A DNA stretch of 64,000 nt from Chrysomallon squamiferum (taxonomy: Eukaryota > Animalia > Mollusca): positions 17,298,001 to 17,362,000 of the forward strand of contig CM022674.1 of assembly GCA_012295275.1 (NCBI GenBank), written 5' to 3'. Position 1 is the first letter of the stretch, and the number at the start of each line of letters is the position of its first letter. A program made the translations under genes and the position numbers. This document shows, in pieces, positions 1 to 16,100 of the stretch. The notes below the pieces were generated by a model, which was not told the origin of the DNA, made no database searches, and saw nothing but the letters and a program-made list of their open reading frames with translations.

Positions 1-377
1 ATTTGTTTTCTTATTTTTCTTAATATTTTATTGTATTTTATTTTATTTTATTTAATTGCTAGATATAAATTACAAGGGATCTTGTATATGCACTTTAACT
101 AAAACTACTTGGCCTATGATCCAACAATAACAGAGCACTGTCTGACCTGGGAAACAGAATTGGTTGGATTGCAAAAATGTCCCAAAAGAGCTACTACTAA
201 CAGGGACTAGTCATTAATGCATTCCATACGAGAGCTTTACCTCTAGTCTACACATCCTTCTGCCTAACAACTAAAATGTGTTAGTGTTTACTGATTCTTT
301 ATCTTCAAATATTTAAGAATAAAAAAAAAAAAAAAAAATTTGATACCGTAGCTGTATCTTTAAACAACCAGGATTAA

Positions 378-433
<56 letters not shown>

Positions 434-449
434 TAATTAGTTTTGATAC

Positions 450-2485
450 ATTAGCAGTATCGTTGTGGAGAAGAAAGAGGTTTCCACAGCAGAGATCTCG
501 ATGAATGATCGGAGGTTTTGTCGAATGAAGAAAGGCTATGCCATTGGTTACATCAGAACACTGCAAAATAAAACCAAACATTTGATTTAACACAGCCACA
601 TTCAACAGCCTTCGTGTTCAGCCAACAAAAGCTGTCTTTAGTTTTGAAGTTTACGTGTTTCTAAAATATTGATGATTTGTTAACAGCTGTAATATTTTGC
701 AGACTTCTGTCAGAAAAGTTTCAGAAATCTGTTATAACTGACTGATAAATCAGGATTATTGGAATAAAAATCTGTTATTGTTTTTTTTGTGATTTATTTT
801 TAAAACAGTATTTGTTAGTTATAAAGCATAACAAAAAATAATAATAATATTTGTCAAGGAAGTGATAAATTTGTTTTTAGAAGATTACATAAATCACTGT
901 AAAACGGCAAAACCTATTTTATATATCTCTTTGTAGAAAAAAAAAATCTTCATTGCAGCTTCTTTTATACTTTATTATTAGCAAAGAGTTATCAGCTCTA
1001 TTTAAGCATTCACTTCATAGACTTAAGCTTAGGTAGTGAATAAACAATTATTTAGATTTTCGAAAAATGACTTTAAATTAATTATTCATGGTGCTAGACA
1101 TAAATTTTTAATATTTTGCAGACATACAATTTTGACTCGATGTGGCCATATTGGCTTGAAGTCTCTCATTTTAAGAAGATCTTTTATGCAGCTGCCTTTC
1201 ACAAATTCAGTGATGATACACGGATGTCTGCCACCAATGCACAGTCCCAGCACCTCAACAATGTTTTTATGACGTTGGCGACTAAAAGAGAAAATAAATC
1301 TAAGTTAATTGTATGAAACAAGGGAAACAGTGATGGTGTGAAAACCATATCATTTTTCCAGTAACTGAAACAGCAAATAGGTGACTTCTTAAACACTTTA
1401 TACATATATATATATATATAATGATGTCGCAACTATAGAAAAATGTTGGTGATCAGGTATTTTTAAATTGCATTCTATTTTTTAATCTACTTTATTATTA
1501 ATTAAGATTGCAACCTACAAACCAAAATTATATGTAAAACTCAGAACTATACGGATAACATACAGAGTAGTTCTTCGTATCACCTAAGGTACATTTGTTA
1601 AACTTTATTATTAATAAAGATTGTGGGCCAAAAATAATTACAAAATGTAACTCAGAAGAATACAGACTCTATTTAGAACAGTTCTTTATGTCACTAAATG
1701 AATATTTTAAATGTAGAACTCCGAAAATCTCACCTGGAAGTTTGTAGTAGAATGGTAGGTGTGTTCTACTGAGGTAACACAAGAATCCGATAATTAACGC
1801 CATGAAAAAGAAGCTAAGAATAGCACCAAACATCATAAACATATCACTGCTCTTGCGGTTTTCTAACCTTTCTGCAAAAAATTTTAATTATCAAGTACTG
1901 TTAATTAGATGGCATTCTCATTAGTGTATTCTGCAGTTACACTCATGCTTGTCATCCAACAGTCCTGCAAAATTTATTAAAATTATTAATTAATTACTGA
2001 TTAATGGCAGTCTCATTAGTATATTGAACAAAAAAATAATAATAATAATTTATGCTACAGTCATGCTTGTTATCTGACAAACTCTAAATTTATATTATAA
2101 AACATCTAACCTAAAATTTCAGAATATATTGTATGTTTTACATTTCTAACAACAGATATCTCTGTAACAATTGATATAAATTTCACAAACAAATTTTGTA
2201 CAATCATATTTCTACTTATATTTTTTTATTCTTCACATCACATAATTTACCCATTTTAAAATACAAAGCTCAATATCTTCCATTATTTTTACTTTGAAGA
2301 AAGCAGAAAAATTCCTAACTGACTGAGGATGTGGAAAATTGTCTAGTTATTTGCTGATCAGTTATATAGTTTAAGTATGTAAAGTAAAATATAACAATGC
2401 ATAAATCACTGATAACATTCAAGCATCAACTTACATGTGGGTTCTTACATTTCTGTGAATCAAACAATGCTACAGAATTTTGTTT

Positions 2486-2537
<52 letters not shown>

Positions 2538-3332
2538 CATACACACACACACACATATACATACATACATATATATATGTGTGTGTGTGTGTGTGTATGT
2601 GTTTACAGACAGACATACAGATAGAGACATAGATATAGATTGTTTTTTTATATATATAGATAGAAAAACATAAATATATTTGTATCTGTGTACTAAGAGA
2701 CAAATAGCTGGGCAGATATATAGATAGACAGTCAGATAGACAGATAGATAGATATAGATTTTATTTAATACAAACACACATTTATTGAAATTTTCTTCAA
2801 ACTGGTGAAATGTGATTAATGGCAGACTTGAAAAGAACTCTGCAAATTACAAAACTACAATAACAATAACAACAACAACAACAACAGCAACACTAATCAT
2901 TTTAGTTATATGTGATGAGTTGTTCAGCTATTATTCAAGTGTTTCATTTAGAAAATATTTTTCTACAAATCTACTCCAAGATATTGAAAGTTATGTTCAT
3001 GTCACAACTAGAAGATATCTTTTTTTTTTTTATAGATTTCTTTCCTTCTTTTCCTTTTCTTTCTTTCTTTCTTTTATTTTCTCTATATTTTTCGTGAAGG
3101 AGTGAATTTTTTTAATTTTTTTTTTTCTCTGATTACTGCACCTTGTCTGGTTATATTTGTTTCTGTTTTTCTTCCTTTATTATATATATATTTTTTTTAA
3201 ATTCTGATATCAGTTCAAGGCTAATGCTTCTCCAAGGCCCAAGTATTTACAAAGGTGGGCAACTTAAATTACAAACAGAGCATAAAAATAAACAACCTGA
3301 ACCAAGCAACATATATCAGGTGTCCATGGTGA

Positions 3333-3374
<42 letters not shown>

Positions 3375-3625
3375 TGCTACTAATACTACTACTATAGCAA
3401 CAGCAGTAGTAGAAACAGTATTGGAGTAAGAATAGCAGTAATACTGTTAATACTGTTAGTAGTTGTTGTTGCTCTTGTTGCAGCTGTAAAAGCATGAATA
3501 CTGCAGCAGCAACATTAATTGTAGTAGTATTACCATTATTATTAGTAGTAGTAGTAGTAGCAGTAGAAATGTAGTAGTAGTAGTAATAGAAATGGAAGTA
3601 TATTTATTATGATTATTAATATTAC

Positions 3626-3682
<57 letters not shown>

Positions 3683-4352
3683 AATACATTTACCTGAATT
3701 ATTGACAGTCAAACAGCCATTTGGACAACAGCAGAGGTGATGAAGTTCTGCTGTCTATAAACAAATAAATAAATATATTTGAAAAATGAATCCAGTAAAG
3801 TAATAAATTTAAAAAATAATGAATACAGCAACAAATGGAAGAAATGGACAGAAAATTATTATATATTCAACAAAGCTTGCATGTGAAGCAAAACAAATGG
3901 AGGAAAAGAAAAAATATCTTTTACTTTATACTACCTAATGAATGCACATTTTTAAAATCCCATATTTTAAAATTCCTAACCTTACAAAGAGTGCCAAAAA
4001 TTCCTGTTTTCAAATTCCAAAATTTACAATTATTATTTTTGATGTTTAATATTAACACTGCACCTATTTTTAAAATACTTTATATGAAGTTCCCAAATTT
4101 TACATTTAAAATTACATACCACATTTCCAACAGCAGAATCTTCAATAATTTTAAACAAACCATCATCAGGTTCTTTTCTTGTTGCATCACAAATTAACTT
4201 AATTATTGTTTTCCTTTGTTGCACTGAATTAAAAAAAATAAATAAATAAAAGAATAAAAAAAAATGGTTTAAATAAATATATAAATAAATTAATGTTATT
4301 CTTTTTATTTACATCAGTCATTTTTGTTTAAATGTTACTTTTGATGCTTGTG

Positions 4353-4388
<36 letters not shown>

Positions 4389-4931
4389 TGTGTCACCAAT
4401 GTTTATAAATAGGAAATGTTGTAAATTATATACCCTGAAAATGAAAGTATGCTTATAAATATCAGACCAGTATCTATCGAATGCAATAAAAGTATTTTTA
4501 TATATATTTATAAATCAAACATGTACACATTAAAAATTAATTCTTATTATTCAAAAATGATATCTGCAAATATGTATATATATTAAAAGCAAATTATTTT
4601 TATTTACAAATATTAAATTTGCATATATAGCAATCTGAAAGACCATAAATTCAAATATTCACAAATGTAAGATCTTTTTTACCTCTATATTCAGTAAAAA
4701 TAAATTCTAATAATTTATTTATTAATATAGTGAATAAATATTTGTTAATCCAATAACGTTTGTTAACTGAAACATTATTTTGTTTAGAAATATGAGATTT
4801 ACATCTACATATATCAAGCAAAAACAAATTTCAATATCTTTATTTATTTAGTATATTTAGATATATAAATTAGAATTTTAACATACCATTTTCTTTTGTT
4901 CTTTTTCTTCTTATTATTATTATTATAATTG

Positions 4932-4966
<35 letters not shown>

Positions 4967-5998
4967 GTTATTATTATTATTACTAAAGTAGCAGTAATAG
5001 CATGATTATTATTTCTTTTTTTTAATCATCATCATCATGATTACTGATCTTATTATAATTTCTAAATCTAACTGTACATACATGAATTAAAAACAAATTC
5101 TTATATCGATAAAACCTAAAATGAAATTGAAGAAACGTTGCTGTATATTTCCAATTACTAAATACAAATAATAATCCACTGATAAATATGAAGTGTGTAA
5201 GTACTTGTCTCCAGTAAAGACCAGTGCTGAGTTGGTGTGGTTGTTGCTGATATCTCGAATGACTCGGAACTTGGCGTAGTTCTGCAAACCAAGAGTAAAA
5301 TATTGTTTCTGTTCTTTGACGTCGAACTTACATACCTGATAAAAAAAATATATATATTTAAAAAAAATGAAAAAGAGATGAAACATTTTGTAGCTGACAG
5401 TTAAACATTAATTAATAATTATAGAAACAGAGAGCAAAAATGTGAGTAAGTGAAAGACAGACAGTGAAAGGGAGAAAGAAAGAAAGGTATAAACAGGGAA
5501 AAAGAGATACAGATGGAGAATGAGAAACAGAAAAAATGAGAGAGATATAGAAATAGAGTGATAGAGAATAACACAGAGACAGTGAGAGAGACAAAGAGAA
5601 ATAGAGAGAGAAAATGAGAGAGAGTAATACATGGGATAGCATATGATAGGGTAGCAAATGATAGAGAAAGAAAGAAAGAATGAGGGCAAAACAAATAATA
5701 GAGATGAAAACAAAAAGTGAGTTGTAGAGAGAGAGAGAGAGAATTTGGATTTATTATGTCTAAATGTACGTGTTTAAATATTATATTTATGAATGTGTAT
5801 GTATGTGAAATGGACATATGTCAGTCAATGGGATCCATGTTAATGTAGATATAAGTAAACAACACATTTTTTTTCGCTGCAACTAAATAACATCCATACC
5901 CTTGTACAATGTCAGTGTTGACTTGAGACATGTTGAGTGATAAACACGGGTTAAAAGTATAGTTGTAAGACTTCCCTGTAAATAAATAAATAAACAAA

Positions 5999-6068
<70 letters not shown>

Positions 6069-6192
6069 GTAGGTCATTTCATAATAAACAAATAATTATT
6101 AAGAAACAGATCTACACAAAATACATTGAAGATATTTTCTAACAGTTATTTTATAAATAATCTTCAACACATTTAAATTTGTTTTATATACG

Positions 6193-6230
<38 letters not shown>

Positions 6231-7119
6231 AATTTGAAATGTTTGAGTGGTTACCAAAAAAAATAATACCTTGACAGGTCATGGTAAAGAAAAGAATCGG
6301 TGAAGTGTGAAATATGAAACATAATAACCACAATAAACAACAAAAATTGAAATTGTAAATAGTAAAATCCTATTTTATTATCTGATGTTAAAACCACAAT
6401 ATTGCTGAGAATGATAATGTTGATGATGAAGATAATAATTATGATGATTATCTAGATGAGAATAATAATGCTGCTGCTGCTGATGATGATTATAATAATA
6501 GATGATGGTACAGATGATAAACCATGGTTATCAATGATAGCAGTGTTGGTAGTCAAAGTAATAATGTTCTTGTGGTTGTGGTTTAACAGTACTTGGTAAA
6601 GTTAGTGTTTCTGTTAGTGGGTTTGACTGTAAGACCAGTTACAAAACAGTTTTGAAGAATAAGCATATTCAGTTTTAAATAATATGTCAGAATACAAATT
6701 AACAATTTCAGTCAGAATTCATTTTAATTTTGTTATGATTTATTTATTTAGCTAGTTTTTTTCTTCTTCATTTTTATTTTTAAAATGCAGGTATTTATTT
6801 ATTCAATTTATTTTAAAGAAATAATCCTCTTTTTATTACTTACAAAAAGAACCCCAGTGTAGTTAAGTTAATTTAGATGTACTTGCATAACAAAAATAAG
6901 AAGCAGCATTTATAAAAATTCGTATACATTACAAAAATCTGCATGCATTACCTCGGCAAGCCATCACTGCGTTGTAAACTTTTCAAATCAATTATGTCTC
7001 TTGTGCTTATAACCAGTTTACATGAGCCTAAACAGGCCAGCTACATAGTCATTAGAAACGGCAGATTCAGGAGAATTAATCAGCATAAAGACGACAAAAC
7101 TAATGATTATCGAACTCAT
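450..7119 (-). pseudogene. Damaged single-pass receptor-like kinase gene: signal peptide, MRH (M6P-receptor homology)-like domain, TM, TKL-type kinase (3' end not found in window)
   Basis: AG/GT-bounded exons: 7119-6952 (MSSIIISFVVFMLINSPESAVS...GSCKLVISTRDIIDLKSLQRSDGLPR, with a 1-nt frameshift near 7029 giving TAA at 7020-7018); 5975-5900 (KSYNYTFNPCLS); 5335-5205 (VCKFDVKEQKQYFTLG...LVFTGD); 4223-4120 (RKTIIKLICDATRKEPDDGLFKII); 3754-3694 (TAELHHLCCCPNGC); 1871-1734 (TM: MFMMFGAILSFFFMALIIGFLCYL); 1281-1128 (RHKNIVEVLGLCIGGRHPCIITEFVKGSCIKDLL); 560-450 (GIAFLHSTKPPIIHRDLCCGNLFL). No exon for kinase subdomains I-III found; several junctions are out of phase. Confidence 0.75.
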
Positions 7120-8182
7120 CGCATTTCTTCTCACATACGAGAGTTCCGATAACAACCACAGATCGGAAACTGCTGGTGAGATGTCACTGTTCAACATTTA
7201 CTAAAATCGGGTCATAAGCTGAATTAGGTCAGGTCGTCTTGTCAATAATTACGCTTCTTGAAATTTATTGGTTAACGTATTTTTAAAAATGACCGGCCGA
7301 ATCTGCAATAAACCACGCCCAATATCATTGTTATTTTAAATACGTGCTCTAAATCCTTGGGTAGAAGCAAGTGTAAATACTTCAAATAGGATTAAAGATA
7401 TTTTCTACTGATTAACTGTAGTTATGTAATTTAAATGTAATAATGCCACAGAGACAGCAGCACTCAAAAATTAAGCTAAATGTTGTTTTTTGGGGGGTTC
7501 TTTTTTTTTTATTTTATGCGGATGGTTGATAAAGGGAAGCAACCAGTAAAGTGACTATAATGAAAGCTGTTGCTGTTAAATCCCTTTGACATACGGATTG
7601 CGCTGCCAGTATAATAATTTTATATTTTTCTATTTCATTTTCTTTTTTTGTTAGTTTTGTTTAGTTAACAGATTGGAATTATATTTATTAGTTGTTTTGT
7701 TTTTGTTTTTTCTTTATTTGAGGTGTTGATTATGGTGTTTTGTGTGTGCGTGCGTGTGTGTGTGTGTGCGTGTGTTTTCCTTTGTCATAAAAAAAGATCG
7801 AACGAATATTAAGAAGAAAAAAAAGAAGAAATAGCATTTAAAATGATCAGCATCTCATTAGGCCTATACATTTCTTTTTGTTTTATTTTATTTTATTTTC
7901 ATTGTATAGTTTAATTTTAATGTAGTTATGTGTGAAAATACAAGTTTTCTCATTAAGCAATATCCAAACACATTTGAAACAGTAATAACCCCAAGCACAG
8001 CGACAGGGAACGATCACCCAACCTTCAGCACGATATACTCTTAATTTTCAGATGTCACTTTTATTTCAATAGATCACGTGACCAAGGACAGCGACACGTG
8101 TTTAAAGTGGCCTGTTCATAGTGTTTTCCGTAATGGACATGTAGATCGATTGGTATTAACTCCAGATGCTCTGCGCAATAAA

Positions 8183-8768
8183 TATTAAAATCCAGTTTAA
8201 CACGTGCACAAATGTTAATGCGACATTACAGCAAAAACAATAGCGCTAAATTCATTTGTTTGTTTGTTTTTTTGTTTATTGTTCTTTGTTTTTGTTTATA
8301 TTTGTGTTTTTTGTTCTTTTTCGAGTTTTCTTTTTTGTTTTGTTTTGTTATTTATTTCCCTTATTTATTTATTTATTTATTTATTTATTGTCTTTTTTTT
8401 ACTTTTTTTTATTTTTTGTGTTAAGAATGACACTGTATTATTCATCCGGAGACGATATGACAGGAAGATAAGTATTAAAATCCAGTTTAATACCTCCACA
8501 GCTGTTGGTGCGACATTAGAGCGGCGGAATTCCGGTCAAAAACAAAAGCGCTAAAATTCATTTGTTTGTTTGTTTTTTGTTTATTGTTCTTTATTTTTGT
8601 TTTTATTTGTGGTTTTTGTTCTTTTTCGAGTTTTCTTTTTTGTTTTGTTTTATATATTTTCCCTTTTTTATTTATTTTTTTATTTATTGTCTTTTTTTAC
8701 TTTTTTATTTTTTGTGTGTGTAGAATGACACTGTATTATTCATCCGGAGACAATATGACAGGAAGATA
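8183..8768. repeat. Imperfect direct tandem duplication of about 290 bp
   Basis: tattaaaatccagtttaa ... gcgacatta ... gcgctaaa ... T-rich tract ... agaatgacactgtattattcatccggagac.atatgacaggaagata occurs twice (about 8183-8469 and 8473-8768). Confidence 0.85.
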
Positions 8769-9711
8769 CTGAATATCAGAAAGGTTTCTAGCTACAAACA
8801 ACACCAGAAAATATAGAAACTACAATGAAACCTTTTTTCGAATGAAAGTTCATCTACATGTTATTAAAAATGTGTAAGCACTGAGTGAAGCCCAACAACA
8901 TATTAGTTCCAGAAGCGAGATATCTAAGTGAAGCGAGCATACAACCCATTCTTAAACTGACACCCTGCAGTCTACATTAACTGCGCAAATACAATTTTCT
9001 GTCTATTTATAGATGCCACAATGGATGTTTTGGCCTTCTGTTCCTTTCAAATATTTAATAATCGACAATGAAGTAAACCAGACACGTTTATTTAAATAAG
9101 TTATGTTACAGAAACAATGATATTTATTATATTAATGTTGGTATTTCCCTGTCTATAAATAGCAAGAACCGTAATTCTGGACGAACTTATCTGCAACGGT
9201 TCAGTGTGTAAGCCAGTGTATTTGATGTATTGAATTTGTAGAGAGACAGAATGTATTCCCTAGCGAAATCCTCTGCTTAAATATGTTGTGTTTGTGTCTG
9301 TTGTTATCTGTTTATACCTAGTATGTCTGCATATATAATGTGTATATAATATTGTTATAATGTTTGAATGTATCTGCGTGTCTTTGTATATTCATTTGTA
9401 TGTGTACGTGTGTGTGTGCGTGTGTGCTTGTGTCTCTGTGTGTGTTTCACGTCGGTTTTTAAACGACACAAAAGACAGAAAGGTAAAAGGCAATTTTACT
9501 AAACAAGAGACAACAAAACATTTTTTGAAAATTTTTTGATACTTCACAACAATATATGCAACATAACAATACATGACTTCTCAACCCTCACAGTCTCTTA
9601 AATAGTGTTATGAGCGTAGGTGTGTAGATGTGTATGTATATGTATGTGTATGTGTTTTTGGGGTGTGTTGGTGTGTGTGTGTGTATGTATATATATATAT
9701 GTTATAGAGAG

Positions 9712-10531
9712 TATGTGAAAGAAGTCATCTGGTCTAATGCCTGAAATGTTTAGGTTTAGCCTAACTCCCAAGACCGTCAGACATTTCGCCTAATGTCTAA
9801 GATTTCCAATAAATAGGCCAAACTACTGAAATAGACCTCAAGTCATTAGGGAAAATGACTGAATGAAAAATAACGACTTACAACTGGATGAAGAGGTTTA
9901 TTTCGTAACTCATATAGTAGTGTTCTATTTATTACAGCAGTTCAAACGTTTGTTCTCGAAACATACACGTTTTGTTTGACACCTCTTTTTTCCTCTATAG
10001 TTGCATTTCACAAACCTTTGTCCTCCTGCGTAACTCCTTTGACACTGCTGCTCTAAAAGCATTTTGACACATCATACAACAAAAGCAGTCTCTGGGAACA
10101 CACATCAAACTGGTTCCTGGTAGACTGTTCATTGTCATCAGTATCTACAATCACACCCAGCAGGCTCCTGGGGTCACCACGGCCCCTGTCCACAGCTGGA
10201 ACAGGCACTGCCACGTTGTCTCTCTCTCCTTCTTCTCCGGCAGACAACACAACGCGACTGCGTTTGATCATCCGCTCGTCTTGCTGAAACTGTTCATCTT
10301 CGGCGAATGTTTGCGTAGAGCTGACGTCGACACAGGAACTCACAGGAACCGCAGCTGGTCAGACCTGGCGTCTTCATCTGTTTGGCGTTTCTTGCCCAGT
10401 TTTTGCGCGTCTGCGCACTGAAGAATTCAAACGTCGACATGAAGTAGTAAGTACTCGTTGTGGGTTTTCCTGTGGTAAGCAGATATCTTCTTTAGCTGGT
10501 CCATAATCAAGAAGTACTCATCCTTTAGAAT
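9712..10531 (-). mobile_element. Degraded KRBA2/SCAND3-like (Ginger/GIN-type integrase) DNA transposon, C-terminal part
   Basis: ORF 10343-10053 reads ERMIKRSRVVLSAG..DNVAVPVPAVDRGRGDPRSLLGVIV..RNQFDVCSQRLL, followed in shifted frames by GGQRFVKCN...KRCQTKR.CF. This matches the Cys-rich tail I recall for invertebrate KRBA2-like integrases. Truncated by the N gap. Confidence 0.7.
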
Positions 10532-10731
10532 NNNNNNNNNNNNNNNNNNNNNNNNNNNNNNNNNNNNNNNNNNNNNNNNNNNNNNNNNNNNNNNNNNNNN
10601 NNNNNNNNNNNNNNNNNNNNNNNNNNNNNNNNNNNNNNNNNNNNNNNNNNNNNNNNNNNNNNNNNNNNNNNNNNNNNNNNNNNNNNNNNNNNNNNNNNNN
10701 NNNNNNNNNNNNNNNNNNNNNNNNNNNNNNN
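10532..10731. other. Assembly gap (200 N)
   Basis: Run of 200 N; a round length indicates a scaffolding placeholder of unknown true size. Confidence 0.99.
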
Positions 10732-10962
10732 TGACGACAGAAAATAGTTGGATTCGAATTACAGTTATAATTCAAAACAGAAGATGGTCAAACTGTCGTA
10801 ACATTTTCAATTAAAAAGAGAACATGGTCGAATTTCATGAGTTTTATTTCAGAACTGATTATGAACCAAATTTCATTACAGTTTCAGTTCAAAACCGAAC
10901 ATTGTCGAATTTCATTACAGTTTTAGTTCAAAACTGATTATGATCCAAATTTCATTACTCTT

Positions 10963-13186
<2,224 letters not shown>

Positions 13187-16100
13187 AAAATACTGATTTG
13201 TTCTACTAGTATTTCCAAGAGACTGTCGTTAAAAAACTGAACTTTACAAGTTTGTGTTTTCAGTCCAGAGCAGAACTATTTCATTCTGTTAAAACCTTTC
13301 TTTAATAATTGTTATTAATTTTCGCAGTTCAAATGAAATATATAGAAGCCAAACAGAATAGTAATCAGATTTAGTAAACAAGTTTTTGATGTTGAAGAAG
13401 GTTAATTTAATTAGTAATGTAGTGATTATATTGTTGTTTTTCTGTATAATTCATATTGATTCTTTCTATTCAGTTGAAAGAAATAGAAGCCGACCATAAT
13501 TGTTTATTCGTTTAATAGTCATCAGGGAAATGATCATTTGAAATATGATTTGTACATCTTTGAAAATTAATATTTACGCTTGCTGAACTAGCAGAATCTC
13601 TCATATTTACCCTCTGTTTTTGCCTCGTCTTGATTTGTTGTTTCTTTATGTCTTGCTTCAGGGTCTGGTTTTAGCTAAACATTCTGTTTTTATATTTTTT
13701 TGCTGCATCTTTGTGTTTTTGGTTTTCTTTTTATTCGGGGCGGTGGGCTGTTTATTTGGTTGTTTTGTTTATTTGTTTTTGATTTCGTTCTCTATTTATG
13801 TTTCAGTTATTTTGTTGTTTTTATTGTTCTTATTGTTCGTATATTTTATTAATATATATTTTTGAGTCTGTATCGTGTGGGCTGTATAATATAAATAAAA
13901 TAAAATAAATAATTCCTTCTTTTACAGGATTTCAACAATCCGTCTATCTATCAACTAATGTATCATCTATCCACACATCCATCTTCATTTATTGAAACAC
14001 ACCGGTACATGTACATACCTTTTGACTAAAGATATTTATAGAGTGTTAAGTTAAAACATTAAACCAAGTGAATTATTTATTTCATACGCTTTGTTTGACA
14101 TGATCGAATATTCCAGTTACATTTAAGTAATTTAATTCTAGTATTATTATTTTCACACAGATATTATTAGTTTTATTGTGTGTGTATGTATGTATGTATG
14201 TATGACTCTATGTATCTGTTTACGTATGTATATGTGTTTGTTGCTACGTTATATATTGGGGCATATATATATATGTATACACACACATACGTACATACAT
14301 ACATACATAGATACATACATGCATACATACATATAAATGTAACGTAGGACAAATCAATTTCTAGTATGTTCAATACAACCTTAGCAATATCAATTATGAT
14401 TATTAAATACTTTATGGTCGACTCTTTAACTGAACTGTGATAATAATTACTCATTTACTTGTTTTCATATTTACAGTATTTTTTCTAATATCATTAATAT
14501 TACTACTATACTACTTTTGTTTTTGTTAATTTATTGTTATTACTGTTATTATTCGTGATGTTCTTGCTAGTGTTATAATTGTTATTATGATAACAACAAA
14601 GAGAAAATTTGTCACCTTTTTTTTTCATTATATTTAAATGATTTAGCAGTGTGTTCAGCCACAGAAGCCTGCAAAGGTATTCAATAATAGCATATTTTGT
14701 TGCGAAAAATATTAGTCTATATCTCAAGATATTTGTCCTGTTTTAAGCTGATGACACTGTGGTACTAGAGCAACACAATATTATTTACAGCATCAACTGC
14801 ATTGTTTTGAAATGTATTGTAGAACATGGAAATTAAAAGTTAAAGCTGCGAATCCAAAACATTATTTTTCTTCCAACGGCAATTTGAAAACAGATTTATA
14901 TATAATAATATGGAAATATAAATTGTGGCTCAGGTTAAATGCCTCGGGCATGTTTTAATTAAATGTGGATCCTTCATAAACGCTAACAAAGATTTGTTCA
15001 ACATAGATTCAAACTCAGTGTTTGCTGTATTAGAAAAGTGTATTTATCAATCAAATGTCGGTTAGATTAGTTTTTACAAGATTGTAAACCAGTATTATTA
15101 TATGAATTAGAGAGATATCCATTTTCTATGAGTGTTACAATAAGAATGATTACATTTGGGAAAAGACTGTTAACTGTAAACAGTACTAATTGTCTAGCTT
15201 ACTATGTATATTTGTATCTTATAACCATACAACACATGCAATATCAAGTCCATCGTAATCTTCTATAAAAGCTATTCTAGATAAATATGTCTATGTAACA
15301 TGTATTCATGTGTCTGTTTCTTGGTTAAAATACGCTGTTTTATATGATCAGTTATCTTAAAAATAGAATTCCACAAAAGTTGAGTCATCTAAAGGCATTT
15401 AATACAGAATGATTAAATTAGAACATCCATTATATGCAAATACTTTATCAAAAAAATTAACCGATTATACATCTACGTTAGCCTATTGAAACGATAAACA
15501 AAGTTATATTTATAATTACTATTGGAAAGCACGTATATATATGGAAATAAACAAAGTTATATATATCTTAAGTTAAGGGAAAAATAATCAAAATTATATG
15601 TTTGTTAACCTATAGGAAAAAATATTTACACCTTGAGCATGAAAACCTATATGCAACCTTCATATCTGGGCCGTACGATAAACGAAAGGCTATGTTATAT
15701 CTCTATGCCACTACTATTACTGTGATATAATTATATTGTGAGTCAAATAAAAAAAGGAAACAAGGATGAACATTTAATTTTTATAGAGGTAGAATAATAA
15801 ACGCGAGAACTTAGCAAGAGCAAAGTGAAGCTCTTCTGCATCTACATATATATAGGCACATGTACATAGACATATATAGTATATATACATACATATACAT
15901 GCATACATATATACATACATACATACATACATACATGCATAAATACATATATGTATTGTTGTTGTTCTACTTTTTACACTAAATTCTGAGGAAACGTTCT
16001 TCATCCATGTCTGTGTTTGAAATTCATGCTGTCTATATTCTGAATAACTATTTTTATTTTACATTAGATTCATCTTCTCTTCATTATTCAATAATAATAA

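Noticed and set aside
4886-4900. 14-nt microexon that would fix the phase between exons 5335-5205 and 4223-4120
   Set aside because: The donor is good, but the putative acceptor is purine-rich with no polypyrimidine tract.
10400-10800. Joining the KRBA2-like element and the FREP pseudogene tail into one structure
   Set aside because: They are separated by an N gap of unknown size, so adjacency is not established.
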